Assembly (NCBI GenBank): GCA_044892525.1
Contig: CM097887.1
Span: forward strand, 128,194,397 to 128,258,396
Direction of reading: 5' to 3'
DNA: 64,000 nt
Source: Schmidtea polychroa
Taxonomy: Eukaryota
The position numbers and the translations under genes were made by a program. Numbering within the stretch: position 1 is the stretch's first letter; each line of letters opens with the position of its first letter. The notes below the pieces were generated by a model. The model was given only the letters and a program-made list of their open reading frames with translations, had not been told where the DNA came from and made no database searches. Positions 13,051 through 25,392 of the stretch are shown piece by piece.

Positions 13051-13720
13051 GTAAAGAAGCGAGTAAATCTTCTGGAAGGCACATAGTTTGCCACGCCTTA
13101 AATGAAAGAGGCGACCAAAAAGATATTGTGGTTGGAGCACTGCCGAGACAGTCTTTGGAAGAAAACCGAAACTTAAAACCCACAATCAAGCCACTATCGG
13201 AGGCTCTACACCGTTTATAATCCCAAACGGAACTGAGGAAACGAGTGTCGGAATGAACTATTTACGACCGAGACAATGTTTTCCTTACGAATCATTTTCG
13301 CGACGATCGACAATCATCAATCAAGACTTCGTGTCTGAATCACAAGACGGAATCTCCTCTCCCTTCTGTATGTACGAGTGTAGTTCCACACAAAGTAGCA
13401 ATTTCAATGGTCGCCCCGCCGGTAGTTGAAAATCAATCAGTCACCGTTAGTACCAGTTTTCGTCCAAAGAGAAAACGGCTCACTCGCGCCGAACGCTCAA
13501 ACGCAAGCGGGACGAGATAGCCGCCGTGTTCTCATCTCTTCTATTAGCCCAGTCGGGGACAGCGGCGTTTCCAGAGATCACACAGCCGTGTTCCTTTAGA
13601 ATGGTGCCAGTAGCGGCAACTCCATTGGTTTATGACGCACAAATGGAAGCCGACCTCAACCTCATATTACAGGAAGTCGGTGACAGTGCGTTCTGGATTA
13701 CAGACAACTCTGCATCCTGA
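13051..13720 (+). pseudogene. ORF-X copy D (stops and frameshifts)
   Basis: KKRVNLLEGT*FATP*MKE...LEHCRDSL...SEALHR...DNVF...PKRKRLTRAER aligns with the other copies. Confidence 0.75.
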
Positions 13721-14395
13721 GAGTTGGAAATCTGTGCTGAGGTTTTGCAAACGATTTCTCCATCGATATTGACTGAACAAAACATTTCGAATGTGTAATT
13801 ATATCCGTCTGTTATGATATTCTGATATATTGATTGAAGAATGTGAAATGTGTTGTGGCGTTAATATGTATTTTATCGGTAATCTTGTTTTTGTTTGGTC
13901 TATTCTCGGAAGTGTTGTGATGAGGATAATCAGTAATATGAATGTGTAGGTTAGGGGTAAGGGTTAGGGTGTGAAGTTACGACATTTTTAATTCACTCTA
14001 CGAAATCGATAGCACTTATTCAGTTGCATGATTAGTTCATGGTCTAATCCTACTTAAATTATCCCTAGTACCTCTCAGATCTTTAGCACTACAGACAATT
14101 ATTGGAGGTGAATTTTCGCCATAGTAATTAACATAGTTTTTTAATACATTCTATGAATATTATAGCTTATTTCGGCATTAACTTGTGCATAAGGGCATAG
14201 CTGAATGATATTCATTGTAGATTGTTTATGTATTTTTTTTGGTTTATTCGGCCGACGCTTCATTGAGTTATCGATTTTAATTTTAAATCACTATTAAATT
14301 ATTGTGGGTTTATTTCACGCAAGGTTTTCTATTAAGGTGCTAGTTAGCAAAAATTTGCTTTTAATGAAAAATTAATGATGATATTGATTTTAAAA

Positions 14396-15157
14396 TTTTG
14401 GGGGTAAGTACTAAAACCTAAGAAATATATAAAAGAAAAGTATAACAAATATTGTTAAAGTCAATAAAAACCTCCTAACCAAAGTTCAAAATTAATTAAA
14501 ATTTACTAAAAATCGAAAATCAATACTGACTGGGAGAAACAGTTCTGGTTAAACGCCAAATTGAAAGAAAAATTCAGAATTTATAATAAAAATTTAATAA
14601 AGGGTTCACAGAAAAAGTTATAACTAAAAAACAAACAAATTAATTAATCCTTAATGGGAAACCCGAGCGTGAAGGAAAACCAAAGCGCATTGAGACACGA
14701 CTGAGTAGATAGGAAAGCGAACTCACCCGAGTGCCAATCCGGGGCAAACAAATTAGAATGATTCCACAGACTCAAAATATTTATCCGAAAGCTAATTGTT
14801 TATTATAATCCTAATTCTGATAATTGCCCTCACAGAAAAAGTATAAAAATAGTTCAAAAACAGACAAACTGCCAGTTGGTCGAAGGAACAAGAAAGAAAT
14901 CGAGTGAATAAGTCAATCAGTGATCATAAGACAAAATCTAGTAATTGAAAGCAATTTTAACTCTCTTACCAGAATAGGTGATAACTCCTTGGGTTTTTTA
15001 CCTTCGCGAACAATATTTATTGGTGAGAAAGGTGCAAATCTAGTGGCGAATTGTAATTTTGATTGAAGTCTAATAAAGTTATTTTGTGTTTCGATTATTT
15101 ATTTAATAAGAACACGATAAATCAGAGAAAATCGACTTGCAAAATAATAACCCAACA
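14396..15157 (+). mobile_element. Diverged LTR related to family 1
   Basis: Ends CCCAACA; 14600-14700 resembles the reverse complement of the GGTTTCCTTCA..CTCGGGTT..TTAATTAATT core of 2407-3375; left end degenerate. Confidence 0.5.
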
Positions 15158-18100
15158 AAATAATATTTTGTTGGGCTGAAATAAAAAATGAGATAACATA
15201 AGAAAAATCAAAGAAAAACACTAAGAAACAATACAAATATTGTAAATAAATCGGAAAAATAGATTAAAAATCAGAAAAATAAATTAAGAAACACAGTAAA
15301 TAGGTAATAATAAATTAAACATAGAGAATTAAAACAAAAAAGTCAAAATAAAAAAACCAAGATAGGAAAAACGAGAAAATAACATAAAAATCAAATAGTT
15401 AATAGGAAATTTAAGAAAATAAATAAAAATATAGGGGAAAAAATAAAGAAAAAGTAGGAAAATTAACGAAAATCAGAGAAATTAAATTAAAATAAATAAT
15501 TAAACGGCGCCTCAATTCTGATTGGCCCTCACATATTCATAATTAAGTATACAAGGGAACACTGAAATAAAATTTTCAGTGCTAACCCAACGCATTTACA
15601 GGTACGACTAGTGTTGGGCCAAGCTTCGAGAGTATTGCAAAACAGGATGAATAAAGGAGATAAAATAAATTTCACGAAAAGCACGAAAAATAAAAGAACA
15701 AATAAAATTAGATAAATATAACAGAAATAAAGGGAACAAAAATAACTAATGAAAATAATAAAAGACGAAAAATAAGATGAAAAAAAGAAAATAACACACC
15801 ACACATAATAGCAGAAGGAAATAAAATAATAAATTTAAGGAAAATAAACCAGAAATTGGGAAATAAAATAGAAATAAATCATTATCAAATAAATATATAA
15901 ACTAATTAAAACAAAAAATTATACTATAACCAAAAAACAATAAAGTCACAGGAAAAACAGGAGGGAAATAATAAAAAATAGAAAAATAAATAAAATAATA
16001 ATAAAAAATAAGAAAAAGTCATTAAGATATACCTTATTACATTAAAAACATAAAAATAATAATAAATAATAATATTACACGCAAGGCGCGTCCTGATTGG
16101 ACGGAAAATAATATAAAAGGAATGCGAAAAATCTGTAGAGTACCACTTTAACAAATACTCTACAGGTAAAAAATTTTCATTTTTTGATAAAGACCACTTT
16201 AACAAATACTCTACAGGACTAGATAGCAGCCTACCAAACCATTTAACCAAACTGCTCTACAAATTAGGATCTACGAGTCACACAGGAACTACTTAGCAAA
16301 CTTCATCAAACAGATTTACAGGGACTATACTTACGGAAAATTATTCATACAGCGATCGAGATTTCTGCGGAATATTAACACATTTACCTTGGAAAAGAAA
16401 ATCTAGACCTAAATTTTCAATACTCTCGAAGGAAACTTATCGTAAGTAGAATGAATATTTTGATTTATGATTTATAAAAACAAAAAATTGATTGAATGAA
16501 ATATTTTAATTTTTAATAAAAATTTATGATTACAATGATGTTCTCTCTCTCTATGCGGCTGGCGACGATGTCGTCTGGAAATCGGACATGATGCGGAGAC
16601 GTGAATAGATTTGCTAGGAGATACCCGAAGGCGAGCGATGAAAATAAAGACATTGAATTGAGAATTTGAATGAATGTGATCTCACTGGGAATGGAGAATG
16701 AAAGGCACGATAAAAATCCCGACGTTATATCATGTTCGAAGTTCAGACGGCGTGGTCGCCGGGTAAATAATTATTTTATATAATCATAATGTTCCAATAG
16801 GATTGAGTTGTCTGATGAATTATACTATTTATTTTTGATAATTATCTTTGATGGTGATGATGGAAATTAGATGAGATAGAATCGTCCTTCCTGGCGGTCC
16901 GAGAATGGCGGCAGCGATGCATGCTATTCTTGGGTGGGCCAGGAGGGGTGAGGATATCTGGGAATGGCGGAATGTGAGTGTAGGAACCGATCTTTTCATC
17001 GAGTGCGATCCACTTTTGAAATCATCGAAAATATTTCCAGTACTACGAGTTACGGCATTAAAGCTGAGGTGGGGGAATAATCCATAAGGAAATGCGTAAA
17101 ATTGGCAGATTCATAAAATGTAGACTTTATATCAAACTTTCCTCTTTCCGTCTCTTGATTAAAAATGATCCATGATTTAAATTTGTCCACGAATAGTGTC
17201 GAACTATCCAACCGACAGAGATCTATATTCGCGCGATGTCATCGACAAGATTTCATGAAAAATTGGTAAAGCTATAGTCTCATAAGGTGTGAATCCCTAG
17301 GATATTGGCGATGAAACCCATCTAAGATGTACTTTTAGACGGAATTATCAACTCTCGCACTGCTGATAAGCTTTAATTTTCTAGAAATAAAGTAAACAAC
17401 TTCCGAGGAATTATCAGAGTACTTACGGCCGATATGAAGGACACTGCTGTCAGGGTTATCAACTCAATGTTGAACGAAGTCCAGTCAGTTTCTGAGTAAT
17501 CGAATGAGACGACCAGCAAAAATCCACTACGAGAGATAAGGTGAAAATTTCTGAATTGATTTGTTAGTGGGCGTAACGACAGGAGTGCCCGAGCCCGCAA
17601 CACGATAACAGACGAATCGGCAATCCTAACTGATTAGTAATCTCCTACATCTATCATTTTCCATCTACGACAATCACCGCAGACACTATAGTAGGGAAAT
17701 TCTGAGTGACTCTGTTGTGAACACGCATGTAATTGTACACGCCACGATGAGATTTCTTCCAGTAGGGTGACGTCAAATTCGAACGGAGATGTATGTGATA
17801 TCATCATGATTGCGTAAGAATAGAAAATGTCACCGGAGATGTCGGACTGTGGGTAAGAGTAAAATAATGAACCGCGTCATCGTAGGGCAGTACGACATTG
17901 ATTCTGCTAGATTCGGATAAGTGAATAGTTACTCATAACAATCACAGATTTAGACACACAAACTCACCTGGTAGGGATGCATAATGATACGATAATACAC
18001 ACAGACAGGCGTCGTTATGACGACGATTTCCCGTGCATATTTTAAAATCATTTTATTTAAATTTGGATTACACTTTTCTATAATATATTTTCGAATATTC

Positions 18101-18846
18101 GCGTTGAATGAGAAATAATATCGCCCAATTAATAGGCACGAAACCGAAGGTAGCAGTGGGCTTAATTAAACTGATGAGTTAATGCCAGGTTTAAGAAGTT
18201 AAAGCTATAAATGAATTGCTAATGGAATATGATAAAAGCGACGAGATGAGATAAATATCGATAAGAATTTAGAATTAGAAATCCGAGATGTTAGGATTCA
18301 TCGTTGTAATTAAATCGGCTACAAACCCTTTTTCGTTTCCGATAATTTGATTTAGTGCAACGCCGGAAAACTTAGGTCACCTCCGATTATTAACTAACCT
18401 AAACCTCGAAAAATCGAACAAGAGGTGTAGCATGATATGATGGATTGTGAAAGGGAAAAAATCTTTTTTGTATATAATGTAGTTCAGTTTCATATATACA
18501 AAACGGATAGCTAGAATATTTTCAATGGCATAATAATACGAATTAGTGATGACATGATTAAAGGAAAGATTGCTCCCCCCGAGGATAAATTTAACATTTT
18601 TACTTGCGAATATGATAATGAAAAATGTTCCGTTTTCTTTTCCCCGAAAAACTGCTGTATGAATGAACTAGTTCGAATGTTTGGGGTTGAATGGATCGCG
18701 TCACGATCACTGGTACGTATGCGTGAGATTGGCTTTTATGTTTTTTGACTTTAATACGAGATTGATGGAATAAACTTCATGTCGTAAGAGTGTCACTGTC
18801 CCTATCATAATACCTGAGGTGCGAATATAAATGTCTTAATTTTTAG

Positions 18847-19611
18847 ATGACCACTCCAACTAAGCTCGGAAGTACTCTTCGACCTTGTTTTTCCTGTGCC
18901 GATAAAAATGCCGATATCGCACAGCTGCACTTATACATCGGGGAATTAAAGAAGAGAATTGACCTATACGAAGGGACGTGGTTCTCCCCACCACAAATGA
19001 AGGAAGAGAAGAGTAAAATTCTACGTTTGGAGCACTGCCGTGACAGTCTCCTGGAGGAGAGCAGATGCCAGAGGCTAACCATAAAAGCCCAATCAGAGGC
19101 ACTGCACAAAGTATATTCGGAATCCGAGATAGCGAAGCGAGTTCGCGAATACCCAATACAAGATGGGACTAACGTGTTCCCGGAACACCATCAATCCGCT
19201 GAAACCTCATCAACCACCAGTTGCAAGGGGCACGGCCTACAATTGCCACCAATTCCCGCCCCAGTTCTTTCTGGCTATCGGCCTATGGCTGGCGGTCCAT
19301 CGGACCCTATCTTGACTCCAGTCCTCGCGTCGCCACTCACTCAGCCTCCAGCAGGAGCCACTCTTCCACCTCGAAAGCGTAAGAGACCGACGCGCTCAGA
19401 GAAAAATCAGAAGCGCAGAAACGCCATGGCCGTGCTCGAAGCATCGTTATCTGCAGCCAAATCGACGATCAAGGAAATTACAATCAACCATTCTATCCCT
19501 ACGAAAGAAGTGATTCGGGTAGTTCCGGCCGACAGCATCAAATTCCTCGAAGATCGCCGGTTGCCCGTCGACATTGACGAAATGATCGCAGAAGGAGAAG
19601 TGTTTTCGTAA
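18847..19611 (+). CDS. ORF-X copy B, intact 254-aa protein of unknown function
   Basis: ATG-to-stop ORF: RPCFSC, heptad region, Pro/Ser/Thr linker, PPRKRKRPTRSEKNQKRR, acidic C-terminal helix. Confidence 0.75.
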   Translation: MTTPTKLGSTLRPCFSCADKNADIAQLHLYIGELKKRIDLYEGTWFSPPQMKEEKSKILRLEHCRDSLLEESRCQRLTIKAQSEALHKVYSESEIAKRVREYPIQDGTNVFPEHHQSAETSSTTSCKGHGLQLPPIPAPVLSGYRPMAGGPSDPILTPVLASPLTQPPAGATLPPRKRKRPTRSEKNQKRRNAMAVLEASLSAAKSTIKEITINHSIPTKEVIRVVPADSIKFLEDRRLPVDIDEMIAEGEVFS

Positions 19612-21421
19612 TGAATTTTTTTTTTTTATTTGCCTCAATCTTTGGGCGGTATGAAGGAACTCGGAGAAGTTGACGTTATCCTGTACATGACCTTTGATGT
19701 TTTGTTCTTATTTAATTAATGGTGAATGTATCTTTATGTTTCACTTTAATACAACTGTTCGAAGTCTTTGATTTTTTCCATGGTATGTGTGATTTGCTGT
19801 GGTTGATTTGAGTAAAAGGTACTCCTGGAGACATAGTACGAGCGCAAATGTCGTCCCTTTGGACCAGGGTCGGACTGAATTAAGAGCGAAGAAACGGGTA
19901 AGACCTTCTATGGCACCATGGAACCCGAACCGAGAAAGGGTTAGGAGTAGTCCTAAGGCAGGGGCTCACCTGCTAACCTTTTCCAACCCGTGTGAGCAGC
20001 ACCAACGTGGAACACCACCACGGGCTCATACGTGGGAATATGTATTTGATCATTTTGGAGTATGTATGGGAAGTATCGGAGCGGAAGAGAGTACTTGGGA
20101 TGTATGATAATCAGGTGTGCATATTTTTCTCTTTCCCCACATACGCCAACACTAGCAAATATTCAAGGACAAACTCGATAGCAGCCGATAATTCAAGAAA
20201 TCACTCGGGAATATCAAGAATTCATACTTTTCAGCAGCTATTTTATTTCAACAACTAACGGAAAAGTAAATTTTTGCATTGGTTTATGTCTGTATTGCTA
20301 TGAATAATTTGCATTAAATTAAATTTAATAACGGATTCGTGTTCTTTTGATCACAATAATATAATTTTCAAGTTAATCTTATTTTTATTTAATCGAATAA
20401 ATTATGAGTAAATAAACGGATAAAGTAGGATTAGAATTTTATTTTTTATGAATATGACGAAGGAATGCTATTGAAATAATGATGCATATTTTGAATGATT
20501 TTGATATGTGTTCCACGACACTGAGGTTCAGCTGGCCACAGCTCGAGCGACACTAGTTGTTCCTCTTGCCAGTAGGTCGGATGATTCTTCAGCATCGTAG
20601 TGGCTGGGATCGGGTCATTTGTGGGGGTTTCTCCACTGATCTGTCGCCACAGGAGATGAATGATAAATACTCTAAAGGAGAGAAAGAAGCCACTGTAAAT
20701 GATTTTTGGCAATCACTAATATTATCGTTTATGTTAATGAACACTCGCAATGACTGAGGGAGCCTGAAAATTCATGATTTTCTCAATAACCAACTCTCGT
20801 TTTCGTTTACCTAAGGACTTTATTGCAAGAGGTGTCAATTTTCATCACAACAGATCTTGAGAGAATTACGCTTAGTATCGATTTACCTAACTCCAAGTTC
20901 GTGGTAGGATCCGTCACAAACCTTGTTCATAAGGCCTTAACGTCGACCTAGAGATTCCATGCGAAGATGCAGCAATTTTTCTCTGAAAACCTGATTTTCA
21001 TGATCCAACTTTAAGGAGGTAAATAATTAGTCAAGTCATGTCGTTTTGAGCCCATCATAGGCGGTGCTATATAATTTCTCAGACAGATTTAATGATAGAT
21101 GGTATCTCTAGACAATGATATCTAATAAAGTCAAGTTTCACCTTTTGCGTAACCACTCAGACAACTACAACACGGATGAACGATTTTTTTCTCCTCTTCG
21201 CGACGACTAGACGATAATGGTAGTTGAATTAAACCGACGAAGGGGGTCGACGACAGATTAGCCTCTTAAATTTTCATTCTACCACGGAGTTCTCTAAAAA
21301 TATCAGATGGCGTAAGTAATAGACTTCGGGTGATCCAAATATAATGGTGTGTAGAGACATGTTGTATTGACGATTCAGAGGAATAAGGAAACGCCATAAG
21401 TATCAATTTATAGTATGAAGC

Positions 21422-22096
21422 ATGACTTTAATACATACGTTGGATTTATTTAAGAATGTCAAAACCCCAGCAACCACAACCATCGTACGGCCATGCTTCT
21501 CATGTGCCGATAAGAATGTCTTAATCAAAACGCTCCAGACGCAGATCGGTCTCTTGAAGAAAAAATCTGATTATCTGGAAGGTATCTATTTTTCCCCAGC
21601 ATAAATGAAGGAGGAACGGCTGAAACTAACACGCGTAGAACGATGTCGAAATGACCTGATTGAAGAGAGCCGCGCGTTGCGAGCTCTGATTAAAGAACAG
21701 TAAGAGGCGTTGCACAAAGTCTACGTGCAGGCGTCTATCACGAAGAAGATCGTCAACATCCCCATCACAGAGGAGGATAATGTATTCCCGCATCTTCACT
21801 GTCAATCAATTTGCTTGGAAAATCAACAAATTAGACAGGTATTGGTAGCACCGACGCCCCCCTGCCATCTACCTCATCCGACGTCGTTTTCACCAGCATC
21901 AGTCAAGCGGCTCCAAAAGCAATCAGTGTATCAGCATCGGTCACTCTCCCAGTGGCGCCAAAGACTACTAAGCGCCGGCAACCGACTCGGGCCAAGCGAA
22001 CAAAGAAACGAAAGGCTCTCCAAGCCGAAAATAAGGCGAAGCTGGTTGCCGAAGTCACGCAGAAGCTCCCGGCATCGCAGGCAGAGGTGATATCTC
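21422..22096 (+). pseudogene. ORF-X copy C (two stops, frameshift, 3' truncated against an LTR fragment)
   Basis: RPCFSCADKN...EALHKVYVQASITKKIVNIPITEEDNVFP...KRRQPTRAKR. Confidence 0.8.
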
Positions 22097-22253
22097 GCTT
22101 TTGGCATTTCCCAATACTGCTTCCATCACACTTTTCTTTGCTATCAATTCTGTGCATGATCACGCTTTTATTTATCTTTTTCTTCACTTACTTTTTATTT
22201 AAATTATTAACCTAAATTTCATTTAAATTTATTTTAATTTACGGACCTCGACA
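22097..22253 (-). repeat. Truncated 3' LTR (first ~157 bp)
   Basis: Begins TGTCGAGGTCC on minus, preceded by purine-rich AAATGGGTAGATA (possible PPT); near-identical to the 5' LTR. Confidence 0.75.
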
Positions 22254-23003
22254 TATCTACCCATTTAAAAAAATATTTCGTCCTTGAAATACATGTTTTT
22301 AGACCTCTTCGAAAATTTACAATATTTTATTTAAGATTTTATTTATTTTAACATCATTTTCCTGATAAAATTTCCGACCGAATCAATTCTTTTTAATTTG
22401 GCTCTAATTATTTCGACCATTTTAATTTGGCTAGTAAATAATAATAATAAATATAAACAATATCAACAAAAATCATAAGCATATGGAAAACAAATGGTTT
22501 GCATTATATTTTATGCAACGTCATAATGAGAAGAAATTTGTTAGAAAAAGAATTCTATATATAAACATTATTTCATGAAAAGTACATCTGCACGAGATCA
22601 GTATCAAATATCAAACGTAATTGATCCGTTCGAAATTTTAGTAAAATATAAATCAGGGTAGTGTTAAATAAAATTTCTAACATTTTCACGAAACATCATA
22701 ATATTAATAATAACTTATTTATCTGTGAATGGACTCGTCGAAAGAAATTGGAAATCTTCAAACCGAATTTAATAAATAATGAATGGCGAATATTAGCTTA
22801 TTGATTCTTTTATTTGCAATAACTGACTTTATATTTATGCCGATAAATATTATGACCAATTAATCTATTTGATGTAACGGGATATTGATTATTATCATAT
22901 TATTATAATATTTATTTTAATAATGATAATTAAAAATTATTACCAATAAGTAAATGAAAATTGAAATTTAAAAAACATTTAAAACTAAATGAATTTGGTT
23001 TAA

Positions 23004-25392
23004 CACTAGGACGGCCGGAAATATTTTATACCTTGGAAGGCCAAACCGGTCAATTTGACCGGTGCACATATGCTCCTTATTTTCATGCTGAGATTTCTAT
23101 GATGCAACTCATTTAGCAATACTTTCTTTGTGCTACTAACACGCTTTCAAAATTTAACTATTTTTATTCTAACAGTAGTTAATTTATTAAACTACTTACA
23201 ACAATGAAATAAAAATATTTGTTTAGCTGACACAAAGCTACACTATTTTAAACATTGTCTTCGCGTTTATTCAGACTGGTATGTATGTATACTTCATTTC
23301 TTGTTTATAAATATTCTCTTGCTTTTATTCAAAGATAGTGCTTATTAAAAGTGTAATTAAGCAAGCATTAAGAGTTCTAAGTTTTGAAATTTGGTAAATT
23401 AAAAGAATCAAACGAAAAACTTAACGAAATGTCATAAGACAATATCTAATAATTGTTATAGAAAATCTTTGAACTTCTTGGGATAACAAACATTATATAA
23501 CCGTGTTTTCATTAGAATTCAATAATAAATTTGACGTTTCTTATTTTACTGACGGAGTTTTTATCATTATTTGATGATGAGCCCGAAAGAAATGATTCTG
23601 ACGAAGAGTTACATGAATGGAACTCTGATGATAATGGAAGTTCGTTAGAAAGTGACAATGAGTCATTCAATAGCTCAATTTCTTCATTAGAAAATCAGCT
23701 TTTATCTAGCAGGGATGGCACTCTTTGGAATCGAGTAGAAAACAATCACGCTATTAGTGTTGGCAGATTCCCTGCGCACAATATTTTTAGTGGAACACCT
23801 GGTTTGAAAGCTTTTGCAAAGCGCTTGATAGTCTCTGAGGGAATGCTGAAGTTAATTCAAAAATACACAATTATGAAAGGAAAAGAAGCTTCGTCAGACT
23901 GGTGTATCAGTCTACAAGAATTAGATGCTTTTCTTGGATTGCTGTATCTCCGTGGTGTGTTAGGCTTTCGCCGACATTCTATCAATTCAATCTGGTCATC
24001 TCAATTTGGATCTCCTTACTTCAGAGAAGTCATGTCTCGGAACCGTTTCCGTGAGATACTGCGCTTTCTTCGTTTTGATGAACAATGTTCTCGACGTCAA
24101 AGAGTAGAACAAGATAAATATGCCCATTTTCGTGAAATATTTGACTTGTTTGTTTCAAACTGTCTTCAAGTTTATACTCCTAATCCCTTCCTTACTGTCG
24201 ATGAGCAACTTTTGCCGCTAAAAAATAGGTGTTGCTTCATCCAATTTATGCCAAATAAGCCTGATAAATTCGGTATCAAATACTGGATTCTCAGTGATGT
24301 CAAAACCAAATTTGTCATCAATCAAATGCCATATTTAGGGGCTCACGATAGAAACGAACGCTGTGGATTACGGCTGGGTGATTTTGTAGTCAGGAAACTA
24401 ATGGAGCCATTTTTCAATAAAGGATACAATGTCTGCACTGACAATTTCTTTACAAGTCTCTCACTAGCTGAACATCTCCTTGTAAATCGAACAACATTGG
24501 TTGGTACTGTAAGATTAAATTCACGCTTTTTATCATCAGCTCACTTGGAGAAAAAGCCTCTTTTTGAATCGACTCATTTATCGTGTCAAAACACTGTCAC
24601 TGTTTCCTATCAAGGCAAATCGGACAAGAAAGTCATTGTCATGTCAACATTCTATTCTACTGCTAGTGTGAGATCTGACGAAAAGAGAAAGCCTGAAATG
24701 ATACACTTTTATAACAAAAATAAGACAGCTGTAGATACCATGGATAGCATGTTGCGTTTATACAGCAGTAAGGCCGCAACAGCAAGATGGCCAGTCGCTA
24801 CTTTCTATGATTTGCTTGATAAAGCAGCTCTCAACGCTCATGTTATTTTCAAAGATGCTACGGGATCAACTATAAAAAGAAGGGATTTTATTTTTGAATT
24901 AGCTACATCTCTCTGTGAGGAGTTCAAAAGCCGTCGAACAGCAAGTCCCATCTCTGGTGAACTCTGTTCTGAACAACCAAAATTAAACAAGCGAAAAACT
25001 TGTTCTGCTCCTCATTGTGATAACAAATCCGGAGCTATATGCCATGTATGTAGTAAAGTTTACTGTGGAAAACATTCCCAAATGACTGTTAAATGCTTCG
25101 GTTGTGTGTAAATTATATTTGGTTTTATATTTTCTAGTATGTAAGATGATTATGTGTGACTTTCTTGTGTGTTTCAAGATACCGGTCAAATTGATCGGTT
25201 CGGCCTTCCATGGGGATGGCCTCATTATCTCAGTCGTGACAAATGCTATAATTGAAGCTTTGATATGCACAACAAGTTCACTAAAAATGAATAATTGTCA
25301 CAAAATATGAGACGTTAATTCCTTTTCGTTTTCTCACAAAATAAAAATGAAATTGCTTAACGGTCAAAATGACCGCTCTGGCCGTCCTAGTG
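23004..25392 (+). mobile_element. Full-length piggyBac transposon
   Basis: 13-bp TIR CACTAGGACGGCC/GGCCGTCCTAGTG, TTAA on both sides (23000-23003, 25393-25396), subterminal CGGTCAA(T/A)TGA(C/T)CG palindromes. Confidence 0.97.
23531..25111 (+). CDS. piggyBac transposase
   Basis: LTVDEQL, CTDNFFTS, VDTMDSM (DDD triad) and C-terminal Cys-rich domain. True start uncertain (TTG; possible splice acceptor at 23514-23515). Confidence 0.95.
   Translation: MTFLILLTEFLSLFDDEPERNDSDEELHEWNSDDNGSSLESDNESFNSSISSLENQLLSSRDGTLWNRVENNHAISVGRFPAHNIFSGTPGLKAFAKRLIVSEGMLKLIQKYTIMKGKEASSDWCISLQELDAFLGLLYLRGVLGFRRHSINSIWSSQFGSPYFREVMSRNRFREILRFLRFDEQCSRRQRVEQDKYAHFREIFDLFVSNCLQVYTPNPFLTVDEQLLPLKNRCCFIQFMPNKPDKFGIKYWILSDVKTKFVINQMPYLGAHDRNERCGLRLGDFVVRKLMEPFFNKGYNVCTDNFFTSLSLAEHLLVNRTTLVGTVRLNSRFLSSAHLEKKPLFESTHLSCQNTVTVSYQGKSDKKVIVMSTFYSTASVRSDEKRKPEMIHFYNKNKTAVDTMDSMLRLYSSKAATARWPVATFYDLLDKAALNAHVIFKDATGSTIKRRDFIFELATSLCEEFKSRRTASPISGELCSEQPKLNKRKTCSAPHCDNKSGAICHVCSKVYCGKHSQMTVKCFGCV

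Noticed and set aside
13948-13972. TTAGGG-like repeats as an interstitial telomere
   Set aside because: Only about three degenerate units; better seen as part of an element end.
17520-17990. Reverse similarity to 10260-10700
   Set aside because: Only short, non-colinear words match (CGCAATCATG, TGTGTATTAT); not supportable by eye.
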